This document shows, in pieces, positions 56,864 through 64,000 of a DNA stretch of 64,000 bases (within the stretch, counting starts at the first letter, position 1; each line of letters opens with the position of its first letter). The notes beneath the pieces were generated by a model. The model made no database searches, was not told the origin of the DNA, and was given only the letters and a program-made list of their open reading frames with translations. The translations under genes were made by a program, and so were the position numbers. This DNA comes from Chakrabartia sp. (GTDB lineage Bacteria > Pseudomonadota > Alphaproteobacteria > Sphingomonadales > Sphingomonadaceae), in assembly GCA_040079575.1 (NCBI GenBank), contig JBEBKH010000003.1, forward strand, positions 7,854 to 71,853, read 5' to 3'.

Positions 56864-59717
56864 TGAGGCGCGCTCCCGTGGGATCGTAAAATACCATGCC
56901 GCTAACCTTAGCGGCATGTGTTTTGCCGGGCATCGGAATATGTAACGTTTCGCCCATACGTCCCTGCCCGCCCGCGACTAGCGCCAGCGCAATCGACCGA
57001 CCGAGCGCCGCGCTCCAATAAGAGGAGGTAACGTGGCCGATCATTTTCATCGGTATAGATTGGTTCGGATCGCCGACAATTTGTGCGCCTCCTTCAAGCA
57101 CGATGTTTGGATCATCGGTCAGCAAGCCCACCAACTGCTTACGACCCGACGCTACAATATCTGGCCGCGCGAGTGACCGCCGCCCAACAAAATCGGGCTT
57201 CTTTTTGCCAACCGCCCAATCGAGTCCGGCATCATAGGGCGTTACCGTCCCGTCTGTATCCTGCCCGACAATGATAAAGCCTTTTTCCGCGCGCAGCACA
57301 TGCATCGCTTCGGTTCCGTACGGCGTGATGTTATAGGGCGCACCCTCAGCCATAATCCTTTCCCAGACTGCGCGACCAAAAGCTGCTGGGACGTTGATTT
57401 CGAAACCAAGTTCACCGGTAAAACTCACCCGGAACAGGCGCATGGGCACTCCGCAAATGGTGCCTTCTCGGATTGCCATATGCGGGAAAGCCACAGCAGA
57501 CAGATCAATGCCTGCGACCAGTGGCGCAAGAACATTGCGCGCATTGGGGCCTTGAAGCGCGATCACTCCGTACTGCTCAGTCGTGCTGGTCAGCCAAACG
57601 TTGAGGTCTGGCCATTCGGTCTGGAGATAATCCTCCATCATATTGAGCACCCGCGCTGCGCCGCCGGTCGTTGTGGTCAAATGAAAACGGTCAGGGGCCA
57701 GACGCGCAGAGACACCGTCATCGGTGATGAAGCCATCTTCCTTGAGCAGCAGACCGTAGCGGCAACGGCCAGGTTCGAGCGCCTTCCAGGGATTGGTGTA
57801 CATGCGGTTGAGGAATTCAGCAGCATCTGGGCCAACGACTTCAATCTTGCCAAGGGTTGATGCATCGAAAATACCCACGGAGGATCGCACTGCAACACAT
57901 TCGCGGTTCACTGCTGCGTGCATATCCTCGCCATCATGCGGAAAATAACGCGCGCGCCGCCACTGCGCGACAAGTTCAAACACGGCGCCGTTTTCTTCAG
58001 CCCAGCCATCAATCGGCGATTTGCGCAGCGGCTGAAACAATGCGCCCTTCGCATGCCCCGCGAGCGCCCCGAATGTCTGGGGCGTAAAGGGTGGGCGAAA
58101 GGTTGTCAGGCCAATATCAGTCACGGGCTTGGACAAGGCCGTTGACGCGATTTGCAGGCCATTAAGGTTGGACGTCTTGCCTTGATCGGTCGCCATGCCA
58201 TTGGTGGTGTAACGCTTGATATGTTCAATCGACCGAAAGCCCTCACGCACCGCAAGCTTGATGTCCTTCGCGGTCACATCATTTTGAAAATCAACAAAGG
58301 CTTTTATCTGGCTTTGGTCCTTGGGTGTTGGCAACATATCAATGACCGCGCCATTCCCGAAATTCCACGTCCCGGCACAAGCCCCGACACAGCGGACATT
58401 TTCATTGGGCTGATCGGGCACATAGGCCCCCAGATCATCGCGCCAGACGAGGCTGCCTTTGCTGTGCGACCAGAGGTGGACCGTTGGAGTCCAGCCGCCC
58501 GCCATGAGCAGCGCGTCACATATAATGGTCGTTTTCCCGCTGCCTTTGTTGGCCGCAACGTCAATGGATTTCACCCCGTGTCGTCCACTAACCCCGATGA
58601 CACTATGGCCCAGCTTGACCTTCAACCCAAGTTCCGCCGCTTGTTTGTGGAGGGCTTCATCAACCACATCGCGGACATCGATGATCGCAGCAATACCGAC
58701 GCCTGCCTTCAGCAACGCAAAGACATCATGCCAGCCGCTGTCATGCGACGCCATAAGCGCAACCGATGTGCCAACCGCGACGCCGTAGCGATTGGCATAG
58801 ATTTTGGCGGCGGAAGAAAGCATAACACCGGGCGTGTCATTGCCTTCAAATACCAGTGGCCGCTCAATAGCGCCTTGAGCGAGGATGACCTCTCCCGCCC
58901 TGATCCGCCACAGCCTTTCGCGCGGTCCATCGCCGCCATCTGCGCGGTGATCCGTAAGCCGCTGCACCGCGCCGATGAAGTTATCGTGATAATATCCAAA
59001 CGCTGTTGTGCGCGTTAAAATTTCGATGTTGGCTGCCGCTTTCAACGCCTTCGCACTGCGCGCGAGCCAAGGCCAAAGTGTGGGGTCAGCCAGCGCGCCA
59101 CCGCCCAGTTCATCTTGCTCATCGATCAGGATCACGCGCTTGTTCGTGGCGCTGGCTGCCAAGGCGGCATCAATTCCTGCCGGCCCTGCGCCAACAATCA
59201 ACAGATCGCAGTGCGCATAGGTTGATGCGTAAACGTCGGGATCTTCCTCGGTCGGCGTGTCCCCCAACCCCGCCATTTTGCGGATCGCGGGCTCATAAAG
59301 CTTATCCCAGAAGGAGCGCGGCCACATAAAGGTCTTGTTGTAAAAACCCGCTGGGAAAAACATACCGAGCCGGTCATTGATCGCACCAAAATCCGTCTTC
59401 AAAGAGGGCCAACGGTTCTGACTGCCCGCGTTCAAGCCTGCATAGACTTCAACGCTGGTCGCGCGGAGGTTGGGGGTAAAACGACCCGGACCGCGTGTCA
59501 CCGAAACAAGTGCGTTGGGTTCCTCACTTCCTGCGCCAAGCAGTCCGCGTGGCCGGTGATATTTGAATGAGCGCCCAAAAAGCATGACTCCGCTGGCGAG
59601 CAAGGCAGACGCCAATGTGTCGCCTGCATACCCCGTATAGCTTTGCCCATCAAAGCTGAAATGCACCGGTTCACTGCGATCAACACGGCCACCATTTGGC
59701 AAACGAAAACCACTCAT
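56856..59717 (-). CDS. soxA: Sarcosine oxidase alpha subunit, copy 2
   Basis: RLPNGGRVDR, RSFKYHRPRG, DFQNDV, KRYTTNGMATDQGK, DASTLGKI, RAEKG. Confidence 0.95.
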   Translation of the reverse strand: MSGFRLPNGGRVDRSEPVHFSFDGQSYTGYAGDTLASALLASGVMLFGRSFKYHRPRGLLGAGSEEPNALVSVTRGPGRFTPNLRATSVEVYAGLNAGSQNRWPSLKTDFGAINDRLGMFFPAGFYNKTFMWPRSFWDKLYEPAIRKMAGLGDTPTEEDPDVYASTYAHCDLLIVGAGPAGIDAALAASATNKRVILIDEQDELGGGALADPTLWPWLARSAKALKAAANIEILTRTTAFGYYHDNFIGAVQRLTDHRADGGDGPRERLWRIRAGEVILAQGAIERPLVFEGNDTPGVMLSSAAKIYANRYGVAVGTSVALMASHDSGWHDVFALLKAGVGIAAIIDVRDVVDEALHKQAAELGLKVKLGHSVIGVSGRHGVKSIDVAANKGSGKTTIICDALLMAGGWTPTVHLWSHSKGSLVWRDDLGAYVPDQPNENVRCVGACAGTWNFGNGAVIDMLPTPKDQSQIKAFVDFQNDVTAKDIKLAVREGFRSIEHIKRYTTNGMATDQGKTSNLNGLQIASTALSKPVTDIGLTTFRPPFTPQTFGALAGHAKGALFQPLRKSPIDGWAEENGAVFELVAQWRRARYFPHDGEDMHAAVNRECVAVRSSVGIFDASTLGKIEVVGPDAAEFLNRMYTNPWKALEPGRCRYGLLLKEDGFITDDGVSARLAPDRFHLTTTTGGAARVLNMMEDYLQTEWPDLNVWLTSTTEQYGVIALQGPNARNVLAPLVAGIDLSAVAFPHMAIREGTICGVPMRLFRVSFTGELGFEINVPAAFGRAVWERIMAEGAPYNITPYGTEAMHVLRAEKGFIIVGQDTDGTVTPYDAGLDWAVGKKKPDFVGRRSLARPDIVASGRKQLVGLLTDDPNIVLEGGAQIVGDPNQSIPMKMIGHVTSSYWSAALGRSIALALVAGGQGRMGETLHIPMPGKTHAAKVSGMVFYDPTGARLNV

Positions 59718-59986
59718 CGGCGGGGCTCCCCGGCTTTATAGGTGGTTTCGAATTTATCAGTTGCCGTGTCACGCACCGCGTTGAAGAACCGCCCACAGCC
59801 GTGGGTATGGCGCCACCGTTCATGATGCCGCCCGCGCGGATTGGCACGAATGAACAGATAGGCTTCCCATTCCTCATCGCTTTGTGTGGAAGGGTCGGCG
59901 GGACGCGCGATATGCGCTTGTCCGGCATAAGAAAATTCAATCTCCGCGCGCATTTCTTCGCAATAGGGACAGGGAATCAACATCAT
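59714..59986 (-). CDS. soxD: Sarcosine oxidase delta subunit, copy 2
   Basis: LIPCPYC...EFSYAGQAH...NPRG...WRHTHGC. Confidence 0.93.
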   Translation of the reverse strand: MMLIPCPYCEEMRAEIEFSYAGQAHIARPADPSTQSDEEWEAYLFIRANPRGRHHERWRHTHGCGRFFNAVRDTATDKFETTYKAGEPRR

Positions 59987-59987
59987 A

Positions 59988-61241
59988 TCAGTGTGCCACT
60001 GCCGCTGCTGCGGCCTCATCGATCAGTCGTCCACCGCGAAAGCGGTCAAGGTTATAGGGCGCATTGATCGGATGCGGCTCATCTTTCGCCATCGTATAGG
60101 CAAGCAAGTCCCCAGCGCCCGGTGTCGCCTTAAACCCACCAGTCCCCCAACCGCAATTGACATAGAGACCCTGCACAGGTGTTTTGCCAAGGATCGGCGA
60201 CCGATCCGGCGTCACATCGACGATACCCCCCCAGCTGCGCAGCATCCGCATCCGACGGTAAATTGGGAAAATTTCACAAATCGCTGCCAGAGTATGTTCA
60301 ATGATGTGGAGCGCGCCGCGCTGCGCATAGCTTACATATTGGTCGGTCCCCGCACCAATCACCAGCTCCCCCTTATCCGATTGGCTCATATAAGCATGGA
60401 CTGTGTTCGACATGACCACACAGGGAAATGTTGGCTTGATCGGTTCAGAAACGAGCGCCTGTAAGGGATAGCTCTCAAGCGGAAAATCAAGACCTGCCAT
60501 CTGCATGATCACCGACGTATTGCCCGCCGCTGAAACACCGACACGTTTGGAAGCAATGTAGCCGCGCGTGGTGTCCACACCTGCAATCGCACCGTCCGGC
60601 CCGCGCCGGATACCGGTCACCCCGCAGTTCTGGATGATATCAACACCCAAAGCGGCCGCCGCGCGCGCGTAACCCCACGCCACAGTATCATGCCGCGCGG
60701 TCCCGCCGCGCCGCTGTAACGCCGCACCGAGCACCGGATGGCGCGCATCAGGCGAAATGCTCAACGGCGGGCAATAGGCTTTTGCTTCTTGCGGAGTCAG
60801 CCATTCATTGTCGACGCCGTTCAGCCGGTTGGCGTTGATATGGCGTTGCAAGCTTTGCACATCATGAACATTATGTGCGAGCATCATCACCCCGCGCTTT
60901 GAATACATGGTGTTATAATTCAGCTCTTGGCTCAACCCGTCCCAAAGTTTGAGTGCATGATCGTAAAGATGTGCGCTTTCATCATAAAGATAGTTGGAAC
61001 GGATGATCGTGGTGTTGCGGCCCGTGTTGCCGCCGCCAATCCAGCCCTTTTCAAGCACGGCAACATTGGTGATCCCGTATTTTTTGGCGAGATAATAAGC
61101 AGCGCCAAGACCGTGTCCGCCGCCGCCAACGATAATCGCGTCATAAGCTGGTTTTGGCGCAGCATCGGGCCATTGTTCTGGCCAGCTTTGGTGGCCGCCC
61201 AATGCTTTGGCGAAGAGGTTATATCCGCTGAAACGCGTCAT
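59988..61241 (-). CDS. soxB: Sarcosine oxidase beta subunit, copy 2
   Basis: GGGGHG, GNTGRNTTIIRSNY, ARHDTVAW, QALVSEP, WGTGGFKATP. Confidence 0.95.
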   Translation of the reverse strand: MTRFSGYNLFAKALGGHQSWPEQWPDAAPKPAYDAIIVGGGGHGLGAAYYLAKKYGITNVAVLEKGWIGGGNTGRNTTIIRSNYLYDESAHLYDHALKLWDGLSQELNYNTMYSKRGVMMLAHNVHDVQSLQRHINANRLNGVDNEWLTPQEAKAYCPPLSISPDARHPVLGAALQRRGGTARHDTVAWGYARAAAALGVDIIQNCGVTGIRRGPDGAIAGVDTTRGYIASKRVGVSAAGNTSVIMQMAGLDFPLESYPLQALVSEPIKPTFPCVVMSNTVHAYMSQSDKGELVIGAGTDQYVSYAQRGALHIIEHTLAAICEIFPIYRRMRMLRSWGGIVDVTPDRSPILGKTPVQGLYVNCGWGTGGFKATPGAGDLLAYTMAKDEPHPINAPYNLDRFRGGRLIDEAAAAAVAH

Positions 61242-62440
61242 GCCAGTGCTGCTTTCGACGCTGCAACATAAAAATCCTTAAAGTCCTCAACGAACTTTTC
61301 TTCCAATGCATAGGGGCCTTGTCGATATCCGTCGCTGCTGATGCCCTGATGGTTGATCGTCGAAAAATGGCCGTCCTGCGTGTTGGTTGCGCGCCACAAT
61401 GCTGCGATATGATCGGGATCATAATCAACCCCCTCGACCGCATCGGCGTGCACCAACCAGCTTGTCCGCAGCAACGTTTTGTCAGCCGCAATCGGGGTGA
61501 GTGAAAAAGTCACGACATGATCACAGCAGAAATGGTGCCAGCTGTTGGGCTGCGTCCAGATTGACAGGCTGGATGTTTCGGGTTCCTTGAATGGCCCGAT
61601 CAGTTTCTGGCAGGCCAGTTTGCCATCAATTGATTGCGTGACGGCTCCATTTGCTAAAGCGAGGCGCGCAATGCGGTGCCACCAGCCCTCCGGAAATTCG
61701 ATCAGATCGCGGTCAATGCCCAGTGCGCGCCATTCTGCGCGTTTGGCGGCCGCGTGGTCATCTTTAGGCGCGTCTTTGCCAAAACCAGTGGTGCCCAGAA
61801 CGCGGATCAATTCAGGATGACCAACGTCACAGTGATAGCATTCGCGATTATTTTCCATCACGATCTTCCAATTGGCGTCTTCGATATAATTATCCTGCAC
61901 GACAACCTTGAGACGGTCGAGGTCATAGACCGCAATCTGGTCGGAAATATCCGCCTTCACTTGAGTGATCGGCGGTGGAGTATCGCTCATACAGATGAAA
62001 ATCAGCCCAGCGACATTTTCAAGCGCAACGGGCGACAGTCCGTGATCCGCTTTATCAAAATCCTCTGCCATGCTGCGTGCGGCGAGCAATTTTCCGTCCA
62101 GACCGTAGGTCCATTGATGATAGGGGCACATCAATCGCGGCGCGTGGCCGCTTTGTTCATGACAGATTTTCGCGCCCCGGTGGCGACAACTGTTCCAGAA
62201 AGCCCTGATTTCATTGTCACGCCCCCGCACAATGATGATCGAATTGCTCGCCAGTTCGAACAGGAAATAGTCACCAGGGTTTTTAACATGCGCAACCGTA
62301 CAGGCATAGAGCCAGACGGATTTTAGCATCACCTGCGTATCAAACTGAAACGCCTCTTCGCTCACATACAGCTCACGTGGCAGTGTATGTCCCTTTCGGT
62401 CCATATCCAGCCACGTCGAAATAGGGTCATCGTGCGGCAC
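61238..62440 (-). CDS. Rieske non-heme iron oxygenase alpha subunit (GbcA/Stc2-like), copy 3
   Basis: CRHRG...CPYHQW; ENNRECYHC...GHPE; QD ligand. Confidence 0.93.
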   Translation of the reverse strand: MPHDDPISTWLDMDRKGHTLPRELYVSEEAFQFDTQVMLKSVWLYACTVAHVKNPGDYFLFELASNSIIIVRGRDNEIRAFWNSCRHRGAKICHEQSGHAPRLMCPYHQWTYGLDGKLLAARSMAEDFDKADHGLSPVALENVAGLIFICMSDTPPPITQVKADISDQIAVYDLDRLKVVVQDNYIEDANWKIVMENNRECYHCDVGHPELIRVLGTTGFGKDAPKDDHAAAKRAEWRALGIDRDLIEFPEGWWHRIARLALANGAVTQSIDGKLACQKLIGPFKEPETSSLSIWTQPNSWHHFCCDHVVTFSLTPIAADKTLLRTSWLVHADAVEGVDYDPDHIAALWRATNTQDGHFSTINHQGISSDGYRQGPYALEEKFVEDFKDFYVAASKAALA

Positions 62441-62444
62441 TGTC

Positions 62445-64000
62445 TTACCCTCTCAACGCATTGTTTTCCGGATCGAAGGGCGAATCTTCTATGATCGTCG
62501 CCTTGTAACGCACGCCCAATATCGCGATTTCAAATGCGGCCCCGACGATCGCTACATCGGGTCGGATCATGGCCAGTGCGAGACTTTTTTTGACGCGCCA
62601 GCCGTAACCGCCCGACGTTGTTCGTCCGACAAGCTGATCACCCTGATAGATTGCCTCTGATCCGCGCGCATCAGCATCGCTAACCCCGTGCACTTCCAAG
62701 GTCACAAGCGTGTTGGAAAGCCCCTTTTCTTTCCATGAGAGCAAGGCATCACGCCCAAAAAAGGCCTGCTTCTTGAGGCTGATGAACCGGTCGAGGCCGC
62801 TTTCAAATGCGCTATATTCAATCGACAATTCACGTGGGATCAGTTTGTAACTTTTTTCGAGCGCCATCGACGTCATTGCGCGAATGCCGAACGGTTTAAT
62901 GTCAAACTCTGCGCCCGCCTCGAACAGTACGTCGAAGATATAATTCTGCATCTCAATTGGATGATGGATTTCCCAACCTAGCTCACCAATGAAATTGACC
63001 CGCAGCGCATCGACTTGTGCAAGGCCGATGCTCATTTTCTTGCCCGTCAGCCAAGGGAAGGACGCGCTCGATAGATCAGTGTCAGTCAGTTTCGCCAGCA
63101 CATCACGCGAACGTGGCCCTGCGAGCACAAGCACGCCCATTGATGTTGTCAGCCGTTCAAAACTGACGGATCCATCTGTTGGCATCGCTTTCTTGAGATA
63201 GTCATGATCGTGCCGTTCATAAGCGCCAGCCGATACCAGATAGTAACGTTGCGACGCCATTTTATAGACTGTGAATTCGCTGCGCACGCCGCCTTTGCTG
63301 GTCAACAGATAAGAAAGCGACACGCGGCCAACTTTTTTGGGGACGGCGTTGGTGAGCAATTGGTCAAGCCAAGCTTCGGCCCCTAGTCCCGAAATTTCGC
63401 ATTTGGCAAAGGCGCTCATATCCTGAAGGCCAACTTTCTCGCTCACATGGCGGCATTCATTGCCGACATGTTCAAAATAGTTGGAGCGGCGGAACGACCA
63501 TTTTTCCTGGATCAGTGCGTCATCGGCCGTCACGGGATGATTGTGATTGAGCAGGACATCGGGCTTATCGAGGTCCGCTTCGGTGAGGTGATAGCCCTCA
63601 GGCGCAAACCAATTGGGGCGTTCCCAGCCAAACACGCTGCCAAATACCGCGCCCTTTGCCTTCATCCGATCATAGCAAGGCGTGCGGCGCAGCGCGCGCG
63701 CGGCTTCACGTTCCTCATCTGGATAATGCACGGTGAAAACCTTGGCATAGGCTTCCTCATTCTTCGCGATCAAGAATCCTCGACCGGCATAGTCACCAAA
63801 GCGGCGCGGATCGACACCCATCATATCGATGGTGGGTTCACCGTCGACGATCCAATGGGCAAGCTGCCAACCCGCGCCCCCGGCCGCGGTGACCCCAAAA
63901 CTATGGCCTTCATTGAGCCAGAAGTTTTTGAGACCCCACGCTGGTCCGACGATTGGCGACCCGTCGGGCGTGTAAGCGATAGCGCCGTTATAGACTTTCT
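62445..64000 (-). CDS. GcvT-family dimethylglycine dehydrogenase-like protein, 5'-truncated by the window edge
   Basis: Frame stays open to 64000: YNGAIAYTPDG...NEGHSFGVTAAGGAG...GWERPNWF...LEKSY. Confidence 0.92.
   Translation of the reverse strand, partial: KVYNGAIAYTPDGSPIVGPAWGLKNFWLNEGHSFGVTAAGGAGWQLAHWIVDGEPTIDMMGVDPRRFGDYAGRGFLIAKNEEAYAKVFTVHYPDEEREAARALRRTPCYDRMKAKGAVFGSVFGWERPNWFAPEGYHLTEADLDKPDVLLNHNHPVTADDALIQEKWSFRRSNYFEHVGNECRHVSEKVGLQDMSAFAKCEISGLGAEAWLDQLLTNAVPKKVGRVSLSYLLTSKGGVRSEFTVYKMASQRYYLVSAGAYERHDHDYLKKAMPTDGSVSFERLTTSMGVLVLAGPRSRDVLAKLTDTDLSSASFPWLTGKKMSIGLAQVDALRVNFIGELGWEIHHPIEMQNYIFDVLFEAGAEFDIKPFGIRAMTSMALEKSYKLIPRELSIEYSAFESGLDRFISLKKQAFFGRDALLSWKEKGLSNTLVTLEVHGVSDADARGSEAIYQGDQLVGRTTSGGYGWRVKKSLALAMIRPDVAIVGAAFEIAILGVRYKATIIEDSPFDPENNALRG

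Noticed and set aside
1-64000. CRISPR arrays, tRNA/rRNA genes, intact transposases, integrases or defence genes
   Set aside because: No regularly spaced repeats, RNA gene signatures or such ORFs were seen by eye; a tRNAscan/Infernal run would be needed to exclude small RNAs.

Overview
Alphaproteobacterial DNA. The gene complement and protein style suggest Sphingomonadales, and GC looks to be in the mid-50s by eye. A short housekeeping flank (peroxiredoxin, tgt, transglutaminase, M20 peptidase) is followed by a ~55 kb catabolic super-cluster for N-methylated (quaternary) amines. It holds three parallel demethylation modules, each with one GbcA/Stc2-like Rieske oxygenase and two flavoprotein steps. 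Module A (9.7-16.8 kb) has the Rieske plus two GcvT-family dehydrogenases. Module B (41.3-51.2 kb) has the Rieske, a Cys/Met-family PLP gamma-lyase, an OoxA/OoxB-like pair and SoxBDAG. Module C (56.4 kb to the window end) has the Rieske, a DMG-dehydrogenase-like protein and a second SoxBDAG, followed by a BCCT transporter. Between them lie a one-carbon sink (purU, frmA, fdsG-B-mobA-A-D-fdhD) and an uncharacterised operon: TonB receptor, TPR-sulfotransferase, MFS, ALDH, enolase-superfamily enzyme and GMC oxidase. No Rieske reductase is present in the window. The most striking hypothesis is that module B degrades a trimethylated C4 amino acid such as homoserine betaine, the DGTS betaine-lipid headgroup. 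Reading the non-coding DNA gave several further features: a two-copy structured repeat, an 87-bp duplicated promoter flanking an acyltransferase gene, a haloalkane dehalogenase remnant, an unlisted 57-aa Cys/His protein beside a nested 46-bp palindrome, and genes lacking canonical starts. The Tgt also lacks its zinc-binding cysteines. No rRNA, tRNA, CRISPR array or intact transposase was seen. All substrate assignments are inferences.
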